From Octopus sinensis (Eukaryota), in assembly GCF_006345805.1 (NCBI RefSeq), contig NC_043001.1:34286001-34350000 (forward strand): a DNA stretch of 64,000 nt, given 5' to 3'. The translations under genes were made by a program, and so were the position numbers. Each line of letters begins with the position of its first letter. The stretch's first letter is position 1. Shown piece after piece: positions 13,712 through 25,503 of this stretch. Below the pieces are notes generated by a model, which was not told where the DNA came from, did not search any database, and was given only the letters and a program-made list of their open reading frames with translations.

Positions 13712-15334
13712 GATAAATGATATAAGCGAATATGCATCCATTTGCACACACACATACACGCGCAAACACACACACGCACACACGTATAGCATTTCCTTTG
13801 CATCAGACATCCTTCAATCTTATTGCACGTACTAAGCTAGCTGTGCGATCAGCGTAACCTGGCTGACTCTCTAGCACACGACACTCAAAGGGATATGCTT
13901 CTTCGTATTATGTATGATGTGTGTGTAGAGTGTGCATGCGTGCGTTTCTGTCTATAAATGTGTGTGTGTGTGTGTGTGTGTATGAATACGTCTGCATTAA
14001 GTACATTTCTTTAATATCATTTAATCAATTCAGTAAGCGCCACTACTTTCATGAGAGGAAGTTTACACCCACAGCGTGTGTGACGTGTGTATATAGATTC
14101 AAATAAACCAAAATATCTGTAGCCTTTAGGTGCACATTATATGGTAGCTTTTTTTTCTTCTTCTTCTGCGGCTCAGATTTGAAACGTCAAACATTCTGAC
14201 AAGTTGATGTAGCGTTAAGTTTGCTATAAAGGGAAGAAAGAGCCAAGCGTTTCATTTCCCGCAGGGCTTTTTTCTTAAAAAAGGAAGAATAACTCAAAAA
14301 GAAAAGAGATACCAATGATGCCGGCTATGACGACCGTGGTGACGATGGCGGACGCTTTAGATTTCGATGTATGATAGTTGCAATATTAGTGGTCACATCT
14401 GTGATGCTAACTCTATATTATAATGATGACAATAATGACAACGGTAATGGTGAAGATAACGATGTTAGTGGTGGTAGTGATGATGGTTGGCTATGTTGAT
14501 GAAAGTACTGGTAGTGAGACTGCTAGTTATAGTGTTGGTGACACACACACACGTGCGCATGTGCACACACACAGAGGCAATATCGAACACACATACAAAA
14601 GGTTTGTCTTTTGCCAGCTCGTGGGTAGGCTACGATTGTAGGTGTAAGAGAATATATTCTCTTCACTTCACCTGGTGTTAAGAAACACTGAAATTCATAG
14701 ACAAGCGAGATAACTCGCATTAGGCCCTGTTACAGGAACCATAGACATCAATGGGATCTTTTACCTTTTGACCTACAGGTTTAAAAAATAATTTTTTGTA
14801 ACTAAACACTTTCAAACTTCGGACACTGGTAGAATGTGTCATATAAAACATCTTTTACTCTTAGCATTTTTGAGAAAAACTTACATTTACGAAGTTATTT
14901 CACGTTAAAGTTGTTCTATCTCAGTAATTTCAACCAATCAATGACGTGTATTTAGCTGTTTCGTCATCTTTATGTCTTGTCAACACCATGTACTCGAAAC
15001 TAGGTGAGATATAGGCTAAATCGTTGCCTATGGCTATATACAAAATAATCTCTGTGTGAAAATAATCTCCTGGTATGTTCCAACATTTTATACAATGGAA
15101 AATATTCAAATATGAATGAGAAGCAGCTCGTGGGATATAAACAATATTGAACACGCACACACAAAGCATGTCTTTTGTCACTTAGTGGGCAAGTTTCAAT
15201 TATAAACGTAAAAGAATATATTCTCTTCGATTTACCTGGTGCTAAAACGCGGAAAGCCATAGACAAGCGAAATAACTCTTATCAGGTTCCGTCCCAAGAG
15301 GGATAGACATCGATGTTTCGTCATTTTTGTGAAT

Positions 15335-15590
15335 TATCAATACCACGTGCCCAAGACGAGGCCAGGTGAACTATTGGTACTCCATCAGTTACGACGACGA
15401 GGCTTCCAGCTGATCCGTTCAGCGTAACAGCCAACACACTCCACAGACACGAATACCCATAACATAGTTTTCAAGGAGATTCGGCGTGAGAGAGAATGTG
15501 ACAAGGTCGGCCCTTTGAATTAGAGGTACAACTAATTTTTCCCAGGTGAGTCGACTGGACCAACGTGAAATAAAGTGTCTTGCTCAAGTA
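15335..15590 (-). mobile_element. SINE family C (module 2), head missing next to the Tc1 insertion
   Basis: Reverse complement of the module-2 tail and ttgagcaagacactttatttcacgttg; ends a few bases before the Tc1 left TIR. Confidence 0.75.
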
Positions 15591-15598
15591 TGTAGATA

Positions 15599-16883
15599 CA
15601 GAGGTTGGACAAAATAATGGAAACACCTAACATCATAGCATCATAATTTTGTAATATCTATAAAACCGTCAAAAAAAGCTTGTTTATTTTCATGTTTTTT
15701 TTAATTTATTATTAGTGTTGCTTAATATGTTTTGCTAAAATAGATGTTTCTTTTCAGCTATCACCAGAAAAAGGTAATTAAAATTCATTAAAATGACAGA
15801 TCTATCGAACTTTATACGAGGTCAAATTGTTGGTGCTCGTATGGCAGGCACTAGCGTAACGAAAACAGCCGAAACGTTTGGTCTATCACGAAGTACTGTC
15901 TCGAAAGTAATGACAGCCTTTGAGAAATAGGGGAAAAAACCTCCTCGTCTAAACAAAACTCCGGAAGAAACGTAAAACTTTCAGATAGAGACCGTCGGAC
16001 TCTTACGTAAATTGTTAGGAAGGATCACAAAAGTACAGCTCCCAAAATTACTACAGAGCTTAATGTCCACCTCGAGAACCCAGGTTCCACAAACACTGTT
16101 CGCCGAGAGCTGCACAAAGCCGGATTTCACGGGAGGGTTGCAATCAGAAAACCGCTACTTTCAAAAGCAAACATTGTAAAGCGTTTAGAGTAGAATAAAA
16201 ACCTCCAGAATTGGTCCCTAGAACAGTAGAAAATGTTATTTTCTCGGACGAGTCATCCTTTACCATATTTACGACCACCGGCCGAGTATATGTGTGGAGA
16301 CAGCCAAAAGAAGCATTTGACTCAGACTGCCTTCTTCCAACAGTTAAACATGGAGGAGGATATGTGATGATCTGGTGGTGGTGAGACTACATCTTGGAAA
16401 TCCATGAGCTCAATGGTTTCCTTTAATGGCAGAATTAATAGTCAAGATTATTTAAGCATTTTATCTGATCAAATTCATCCCATGGTAGCAGAACTGTTTC
16501 TGGAGGGAAACGCAATCTTTCAGGATGATAATGCACCAATTCACACAGCTAAATTTGTTACTGAATGGCACGAGGAACTTTCTAGTGAAGTTGAACATCT
16601 TATCTAACCACCACAGTCCCCAGATCTCAATATTATTGAACATTTATGGTGCATTTTAGAAAAACAAGTAAGGAATCGATATCCTCCACCATCATCAATA
16701 CAAGAACTGGAGGCTGTTTTAGCTGAAGAATGGACATAAATTCCTTTGGAAACAATTCAAACTTTGTACGAGTCCATACCTCGTAGAATTCAAGCTGTAA
16801 TTACTGTCAAAGGTGGTCTTATCTCATTTAAAATAAATTTGTTTGAAATTTTAAGGTGTTTCCATTATTTTGTCCAGCCACTG
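15599..16883 (+). mobile_element. Full-length decayed Tc1-family transposon (1285 bp), DD36E / Incomer-like
   Basis: 30-bp TIRs cagaggttggacaaaataatggaaacacct / aggtgtttccattattttgtccagccactg (2 mismatches); TA TSD at 15597-98 and 16884-85. Confidence 0.95.
15793..16830 (+). pseudogene. Tc1 transposase pseudogene (stops and frameshifts)
   Basis: MTDLSNFIRGQIVGARMAG...; FSDES (D at 16247); TVKHGGG; FQDDNAPIH (D at 16527); PQSPDLNIIE (E at 16638). There are 36 codons between the second D and the E. Confidence 0.93.
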
Positions 16884-16989
16884 TATATGTACCACTTAAG
16901 CATGGATGTTTTATTAAAACAAACTATACTGCGGCAATTATCTTGAGAGAAACTCTCATACTGTCTTTTTATGCAAAATGCCCTCTTGT

Positions 16990-17225
16990 TTATATCTGTT
17001 TCTTTTTTACCCACAAGGGGCTAAACACAGAAGGGACAAACAAGGATAGACAAACGCATTAAGTCGATTACATCAACCCCAGTGCATAACTGGTACTTAA
17101 TCTATCAACCCCGAAAGGATGAAAGGCAAAGTCGACCTCGGCGGAATTTGAACTCAGAACGTAATGGCAGACGAAATACGGCTACGCATTTCGCCCGGCG
17201 TGCTAACGTTTCTGCCAACTCGCAG
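16990..17225 (-). mobile_element. SINE family A with tail type 1
   Basis: Near-consensus head and core plus ...tgtcccttctgtgtttagccccttgtgggtaaaaaagaaac tail. Confidence 0.9.
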
Positions 17226-17590
17226 CCTTTTTATATCTTGTTTATATCGCTAGAGGAGAGAAATATCCCTGCTATCTCTATCGGTCAAGTGTTCATCACT
17301 GACAAGATCAAAGAAGGTCGAAATCGCTTTATTTGGTGGTGTTGGTGTTGGAGGTAGCGGTGATTTATCTTCCCGCTGGAGATATAAATAAAACGCTGAT
17401 ATGAGAACTACTCCCATGGTAGCTGCTGCAGTATAGTTCGTTCTAAAAGAACATCCACGTTTAAGAGAGGATATTACTTCTCTGTCGGTAATACATAAAT
17501 ATATATAAATGAGTGTGTGTGTGTGTATGTGTGTGTGTGCGTGTAAGTTAGCATGTACGAATATTTATAAGGGATAATGTGTATGAGCGA

Positions 17591-17647
<57 letters not shown>

Positions 17648-17655
<8 letters not shown>

Positions 17656-17849
17656 TTATAGAAGGAGCTTCTACAGGACTAGAACTGTTTCATTCAAAAG
17701 AAATCATCAGGAAGCTTGATGATTTCTTTTGAATGAAACAGTTCTAACCTGTAGAAGCTCCTTCTATAAAATAAATTAATTTACTCTGCTATGTATTGAG
17801 TACCTTATTTACTGTGGTTACCCCGACTCAACCCGGGACCTACATATAT

Positions 17850-17917
<68 letters not shown>

Positions 17918-18103
17918 TTATAGAAGGAGCTTCTACAGGACTAGAACTGTTTCATTCAAAAGAAATCATCAGGAAGCTTGATGATTTCTTTTGAATAAAA
18001 CAGTTCTAGTCCTGTAGAAGCTCCTTCTATAAAATAAATTAATTTACTCTGCTATGTATTGAGTACCTTATTTACTGTGGTTAACCCCAACTCAACCCGG
18101 ACC

Positions 18104-18105
<2 letters not shown>
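17648..18105. mobile_element. Two tandem copies (period 262) of a fold-back PLE-like terminus with a hammerhead fold
   Basis: 62-bp arms with a 7-nt loop at 17648-17777 and 17910-18040, each followed by the same ~65-bp tail and flanked by (TA)n. Confidence 0.75.
17928..17978 (-). ncRNA. Type I hammerhead ribozyme (predicted)
   Basis: Minus strand reads agcttc CTGATGA tttc-tttt-gaat GAA ACAG ttctagtc CTGT A gaagct. Stems I and III pair fully and the cleavage triplet is GUA. Stem II opens with a U-U mismatch. A second copy is at 17666-17716. Confidence 0.7.
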
Positions 18106-18169
<64 letters not shown>

Positions 18170-18170
<1 letters not shown>

Positions 18171-18410
18171 ATAAAAATGGTAAGACAACAAAAGAAAGAA
18201 AGAGATCTCGATATTATGTAAATAGGGGAATTTATATGTAAATGTAATATGGGACAATTATTCGGTAGCCATGATAAAACTCCGAGTTTCTGATGCCGAA
18301 GTGGAAATCCACGCCGCATAGCATTTTTCCGATGGCCAGATAACTGAAGAGATGGCGGCGTTTTATCTCGGCTTCCGGAGTTTTATCATGGCTACCGAAT
18401 ACTTGTCACA
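18170..18410. repeat. PLE-like fragment with ~26-bp terminal inverted arms
   Basis: attcggtagccatgataaaactccg (~18259-18284) is the reverse complement of cggagttttatcatggctaccgaat (~18376-18401); embedded in (TA)n. PLE assignment is inferred. Confidence 0.55.
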
Positions 18411-18544
18411 TATTATACATATATATATATTATATATATATATATATATATTCACTTATAGACATTACCCTTCATACACATACGTGTTAACTTACACGCA
18501 CACACACATACAACACATATGTACACACATATGAAAACACTACA

Positions 18545-18617
<73 letters not shown>

Positions 18618-18689
18618 CATAAGCGTTTTTATACATATATTTGTATCGAACACGCATACAAAAGGTATGTGTTTTGCCAATTCGCCTGA

Positions 18690-18855
18690 CTGGACAACCA
18701 ATCTTCCGAGTTCTTTTTACCGGGATTAGAAAAATTGTACGACCGCTGCAATAAATGAGTGAATCTGAGAGGGGTATATCTCAAATAAAATGATAATACA
18801 TGTTCCTGCCGTATTTTCTTATACCGAAAGCCAGAATATTTTCAGCACACCCTCG
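18690..18855. mobile_element. Partial Tc1/mariner-type MITE, same family as 63461-63672
   Basis: One TIR (aaagccagaatattttcagcacaccctcg-TA) and internal sequence shared with the 63.5 kb copy. Confidence 0.7.
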
Positions 18856-18951
18856 TATTTCTACGCACATATACACACGGACTCGCTTGATGCGGTAGGG
18901 GATTAAAAATTTAAATAAATTTTTTGTATTTTTCTGATCGTAAATGTTTTT

Positions 18952-18993
<42 letters not shown>

Positions 18994-19022
18994 CACACAC
19001 ACACAGACTATACTTTTTTAGT

Positions 19023-19127
19023 GCCTACATATAGTCCAGCATTGTATAGTGTCTCCATATTGTCCGGCATTCTACAGTGTCTGCATATACTCCGGCATTT
19101 TATAATGGCTACATATAGTCTGGCACT
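19023..19127. repeat. 28-bp minisatellite, ~3.7 degenerate units
   Basis: gcctacatatagtccagcattgtatagt / gtctccatattgtccggcattctacagt / gtctgcatatactccggcattttataat / ggctacatatagtctggcact. Confidence 0.85.
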
Positions 19128-19329
19128 TTAATTGAACCCATCAGTGTGCCCCCTCTCTCTACGTGACGACAGGCCATTTTTCTCGTCTCTCTTTTCTGGA
19201 TGCGACGTCCAGATAGCGGGGCGTCATTTCTCTTGCCTCTCAATACCTTTTTTTCTCTTCCCTTTATTCTATATCCTTTCAAAAATTCTCCTAGGCATTA
19301 ACCATTACAATTCGTCTTGGCCTAACGGC

Positions 19330-20820
19330 CCTTAATGTCTGTCGTCCTCGATTGTTTACTCTGTATTACCTCATGGGTAGGTAGAAACTCTTTGACCTTG
19401 GTTGGTAATCTACCGAGAAGGAAATTTCCAAAATAAAACCTGAGGCTTTAGAAATTCTCGGTTTTGTCAATTTTCATGTCGCACCAGCGAAAGCCTTCTT
19501 GGGCCAATTGGTGGGGGTAGTGCAGTGCAAGCTATGCCCTCTGAAAATTATTCATCTGCACTGGTACTTCTTGTACAACAAATCTTAATAAAATCATTTG
19601 AATTGGTTGGCAGAAACCTAAAAGTGCACTTATAACTTATTCTGAAGTGTGTCAAACAGATTCAGTAAATGGCAAAAAAAAAAAAAAAAAAAGAAAAAAG
19701 GCTTGGAAACGCCAAGAGGATAAGTCTGGCTCGGCAGTAGTCCAAGTGTGTTACAGGCTGGACCCGATCGTCATCCTGCCACTGTGGTCAAACAATTTTC
19801 AAGAAGAAAAAAATGAACATTCTCTGAATTTTTGTTGTTGGAATGTGCGCACATTTCTAAATGATAATTTTAACAAAAGGATAGAAAAGCATACTGAACT
19901 TATTGCATGTGAGCTTAAATAATATTCCTTTGCGCTCTCTGAGACTCGTCTCTCTGATGAGGGTCAAATAAATGAACTTACTTATGGATATACTATCTTC
20001 TGGAGAGGCCTACATGAGGTTCAGCGAGGAAAACCTGGTATTGGGTTTGCTCTCAAGAATTCATTAGTATCCACCATTGCAGAATTTCCAAGTGGTGTAT
20101 CTGAACGATCCATGTCATGTCGTATAAAAGTGACAAAATTTAGGTTTCTTACCATTGTCAGTATTTATGCACCAACAATATCCCATTCTGCTGAAACTGC
20201 AGGACAGCTTTATGATGATCTAGTACTATCATTGAGGAAAGTACCAATTTTTGACAAGCTGATCATATTGGGAGATTTTAACGCAAGAAATGGAAATGAC
20301 TACATTTAATGGCCTGCTTTAGGCTGACATGGGATTGGAAATTGTAATAAAAATGGAGTAGCTCTTTTGACGTTTCGTACTGAAAATAATCTGGTTGTTA
20401 CCAACATATTGTTTAAGCAGAAAAATAAATATAAAACTACCTGGATGCACCCAAGATCTAAGGACTGGCATCCCATAGATCATATTTTGATCAGAAAGCG
20501 TGATATGAAAAATATTTCTAGTGGTCGGACAATGAGAGGAGCAGAGAGCAGGACTGAATTTTTCGATAATGACTAAAAGTGGACAGTCTGGCACAAAGGT
20601 ACTGAAAAAGTTAAGTGTTGCAAACTTTAAATTAGCAAGCAACTTGCATAGATTCCACGAAGCTATAGAAAATATCAATCTTGATCCAAACAATCTATGG
20701 GAAAATTTCAAAGCAAATGTATTTCAGGCTGCAAGTTCTTCAGTGGGATTTAAATCTCGTAAATCCAGCGACTGTTTTTCAGACAAATCACGTCCCTTGT
20801 ATCTGAAAACTACGGAAATA
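19330..20820 (+). mobile_element. RTE-clade (BovB-like) LINE, 5' part: 5'UTR plus APE endonuclease pseudogene
   Basis: CWNVRT, ALSETRL, TIVSIYAPT, IILGDFNAR, NLVVTNILF, TTWMHPRSKDWHPIDHIL are APE motifs typical of RTE elements. Many stops; no RT domain follows. Confidence 0.9.
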
Positions 20821-20854
20821 TAAAAAAAAAAATTTCAGTGTCTTACCCAAAAGG

Positions 20855-21110
20855 TAATGTTACCTTCTCGTGTCACACCGACTCATAATGGCTGGTTTCC
20901 CGGTTTCCATTGCATATATATATTCCCAACATGGACGGGACACTGGACCTTCACAGGGTTACTCATTTCTGCCAGCTAAGTGGACTGGAGCAACGTGAAA
21001 TGAAGTATTTTGCTAAAAAACGCAACGCTTTGCCCGTGCTAGGAATCGTACCCACAATCTTACGATCACGAGTCCAACACCTTAACCACTAGGCCACTCG
21101 CCTCCATCTA
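20855..21110 (-). mobile_element. SINE family C, 3' module 1
   Basis: Reverse complement of the head (ggaggcgagtggcctagtggttaagg) and body (ttgctccagtccacttagctggcagaaatgagt). Confidence 0.85.
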
Positions 21111-21340
21111 CCCCTTACGTGTATACATTTCTGTTGTAGCTATTGTGGACACCGCTGATGACTACTAAAGCATCATCTGCAGTTGGAAAAAGTACTATAT
21201 TTTAATTAATTCATTATAGCCATATGGCATTTTCAACTAGCATCCGCAGATAATACAGAAGATTTCTGCTGATGACGACAACGATTATAATGATGATGAT
21301 GATGATAACGATAATGACGACGACGATGACGGTGATAATA

Positions 21341-21372
<32 letters not shown>

Positions 21373-21759
21373 GGTGGTGGCGTTGAGACTAATATTGGTA
21401 GAGTGTAGTGTACCTTAAAAATTAATTTGCTTGCATCTGTTGTGATCGATTGAAATATATATATGCATGCAAGCATGCATGCATGATAAAAAATAAAAAA
21501 ATAAAAAATAAAACTGCGCGTTGCATACATACTGCACCACCTGTATCTCGGCGTGCAAAGCTGATGAGAAAAAGAGAAAGTAACAAAAAAAAAATGTAAT
21601 AAAATTAGAAGAAATAATTAACCAAAAAAAAAAAGATGAAAAACTGAAAGAACTGGAAGAGTAACAACGAGAACAACATACGAGTACTTTGGAAATAACG
21701 TTAACTAATTATGAATACGTGTGTGTGTGTGTGCATGTGTGTGCGCGTATGTTTATATG

Positions 21760-21834
<75 letters not shown>

Positions 21835-21946
21835 CCGTCCATGTATGTATGTTATGTATGTATATATATATATTTCTAATCATGTAAATATATATGTAAT
21901 TATATATATATACATACATATATATATATATATATATATTATATAT

Positions 21947-21977
<31 letters not shown>

Positions 21978-22358
21978 TTATATGTATGTATATATATCAT
22001 GTAATTATATATAGGTATATATAATATATAGATATATATATATACACACGCATGTTGTGTGTGTATTCTATGGGTGTGTGTATATATATATATATAATAT
22101 ATATGAGACAGCAACGAGTACAATTACAATAATGATGAATGTTAACACCACCACCAGCAACAACAACAGCAACAACAGCAACTACAACAACGGCAGCAAC
22201 AACAAGAACAACAAAATGAACAAGAACTCTCTCTACACACGCGTACTCACCACCTCTTTTACTACAAGAAACATCGAAAAAAAAATCACAACGAATGAAA
22301 AAATAAAAACAATAAATAAAATAACAAAATGTCTCTTAGACGTACAATACGATATAGA

Positions 22359-22423
<65 letters not shown>

Positions 22424-22428
22424 TGATG

Positions 22429-22488
<60 letters not shown>

Positions 22489-22566
22489 ATGCTGATGATG
22501 ATGATGCTGATGATGGTGGTGGTAGTGGTGATGATGATGATTATGATGTTAATAATAATAATAATA

Positions 22567-22606
<40 letters not shown>

Positions 22607-22733
22607 TAATAATAATAATAATGATGATAATAATAATAATAATGATGATGATGATGATGATGATGATGAGATGATGATGATGATGGTGGTGGTAGTGGTG
22701 ATGATGATGATTATGATGATGTTAATAATAATA

Positions 22734-22773
<40 letters not shown>

Positions 22774-23938
22774 TAATAATAATGAGAAAATAGTTACAGA
22801 AGCAAATTCTAGGAGAAAAACCAAAATAATTTGGGGGAGGTGGGGTGGAGGGTACAGCAAAGAGAAATATATATAAAAAAATATCTATATCAAACAAAAA
22901 CAGAAAATTAAAGTCATTTATCTTAATTAGGTGTGTACTGAACCGGAACCGTGAATCATAAACTGCTTTATTCAGTGAGGAGGGAGGGAAAGAGCGGAGG
23001 TTTGGGTGATACTAAGAGTGGTGGCGGTGGTGATGGTGGTGGTGGTGGTGGTGGTGGTGATAATGGTGGTGGTGGTAGCGGTGGTGGAGGTTGTGGCTGT
23101 TGTAGTTTGTGATGTAGTTGTTGTTGGTTATGATAAAAGATTAAAAAAAATTACAGTATTAGCAGGGATGGTGTGACGGTTTTCACGGTGGAGGCAGTTG
23201 CGGTGGTGTTGGTCGTGGGGGCTGGCTGATGATGCTGGTGGTAGCGAGGGGTGGTTGTAGTGGCTTGGTATTGGTGGTGGTTGTAGTGGTGGCGCTTTAG
23301 TCGATGTTGCTAATGATAAAGCGTCTAATATTGGTGATAGCGTGTTGGTTTTCCCAAGTAGAGGTTGTTGTGGTAGTGGTGGTGGTCGCGGCGACGGAAG
23401 CGGTAGTTATAGTAGTAGTGGTGGTTACAGTGGAAAAGCTATTGTTGGTGATGGTGTTGTTGTTGTTGTTGTTGTTGGTAATGATAAAGCCTATAGTTTT
23501 TTAAAGATGGCGGGGGCAGTGTCTTTGTATGGTGATGACGGCAGTCGTTCTGCAGTGGTGTCGGTGGTGGTGGTGCCGGGGTTGGTATTTGTAGCAGCAA
23601 TGGTGGTGGCGGTGATGATAGTAGTGGTTGTAGTTGTTGCTGATGGCGATGATAATGAGGGGGGGGGGTTTGTTGTTTCATTTTGGTAATGGTGTTGGTG
23701 GGGAAGCTGTTGTTTTTGGTGGTGGTAGTGGTGGTGGTGGTGGTGTTAATATTGCCAGTGATGCATGCAAATGATATTGTGTTGATTCGTTGTTGTTCTT
23801 GTTGTTAAAGGTGATGATGATGATGAGGATGATGATGATGATGAATAGTGGTAATGGCGGTGATGAATGTGGTTGTGGTAATCGTGATTGCAATAATGAT
23901 ATTGATTATCATGGCGTGACGACGACGACGACGACAAC

Positions 23939-23972
<34 letters not shown>

Positions 23973-24791
23973 ATGATGATGATGGTGATCGTAATGTTGA
24001 TAACGATGATGATGATGATGATAAAGAGGAGGAGGGGGAACAGGATGATGATGTGATAATGATGATGATGATGATGATGATGATGATAATGATGATGACA
24101 ATGATGATAATGATGATGATGGTGATGACAAGAAGGAAGAGGAAAACAGGATGATGATGATGATGGTAATGTTGATAGTGATGTTGATGTCGATTGCGAT
24201 GATGATGACGACGGGGATGATGATAATAAAGATGAAGAAGGGGAACAGGATGATGATGATGATGCTAATTCTGATAATGATGATGATGATGGTAATGATG
24301 ATGATGATGACGATGGTGATAGTGACGATGATGATGATAAAGAGGAGGAGGGGGAACAAGATGATGATGATGACGATGATGATGATACTGTTGCTAATAG
24401 TGATAATGGATTTGGTGGCCTCGTGGGGGTGGGGAGGGAAGGTTTGAAATAAGGATAATCAATTAGCGGCTGTTGTTGCTTCGCTCTGACCCGTTCTGAT
24501 CAAATCCTGACGAAATAAGCCTGTCATCAACATAATTCCAGCCGTGACCATCACAGCTTGGCTTTTTATTATTCTTTTAATCTTTTACTTGTTTTAGTCA
24601 TTTGACTGCGGCAGTGCTGGAGCACCGCCTTTTGTCGAGCAAATCGACTACAGGACTTACTCTTTGTAAGCATAATACTTATTCTATCGGTATTCTTATG
24701 CCGAACCGATAGCTTACGGGGACGTAAACGCACTAACATCGGTTGTTAAGCGATGTTGTGGGGACAAACACAGACACACATATACACACAC

Positions 24792-24863
<72 letters not shown>

Positions 24864-24864
24864 G

Positions 24865-25265
24865 GGAGTGGCCGAGTGGTAAGTAGCTAGCTTACGAACC
24901 ACATGGTTCCGGGTTCAGTCCCACTGCGTGGCACCTTGGACAAGTGTCATCTCCAATAGCCACGGGCCGACCAAAGCCTTGTGAGTGGATTTGGTAGATG
25001 GAAACTGAAAGAAGCCCGTCGTATATATGTATATGTATATATATGTGTGTGTGTGTTTGTGAGTCTGTGTTTGTCCCCCTACCATCACTTGACAGCCGAT
25101 GCTGGTGTGTTTACGTCCCCTAACTTAGCGGTTCGGCAAAAGAGACGATAGAATAAGTACTATGCTTACAAAGAATAAGTCCTGGGGTCGATTTGCTCGA
25201 CTAAAGGCGGTTCTGAAGCATGGCCGCAGTCAAATGACTGAAACAAGTAAAAGAGAGTAAAAAGA
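24865..25265 (+). mobile_element. SINE family B, full length, nested
   Basis: ggagtggccgagtggtaagtagc...ggcggttctgaagcatggccgcagtcaaatgactgaaacaagtaaaagag. Confidence 0.9.
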
Positions 25266-25299
25266 GTAAAAAAGTATATATATATATATATATATATAT

Positions 25300-25503
25300 T
25301 TTACGGAGATGTACTCGCATAGCAAGTAATTTGATCTGAGATCGTGTGCTGAAACGAAAACAATTGCAGCGTGGAAGGTGTTTATAAGCCATTTAAGAAA
25401 CACACAAAAGCCGTTCGATTCACTTCAACATTTAAGTTTAATTTGTCAAAATATTTTCGTCGCTAAAATCCGCGACCTGTTCATTGACAAAGTCCGTGCT
25501 GCA
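25300..25503 (-). mobile_element. PLE-like terminus with a variant hammerhead fold (25442-25491)
   Basis: Same family as 31615-31760 and 32165-32310; flanked by (TA)n. Confidence 0.6.

Noticed and set aside
18259-18401. Hammerhead in the 18.3 kb inverted repeat
   Set aside because: CTGAAGAG and GAAAC occur on opposite strands; no complete fold could be assembled.
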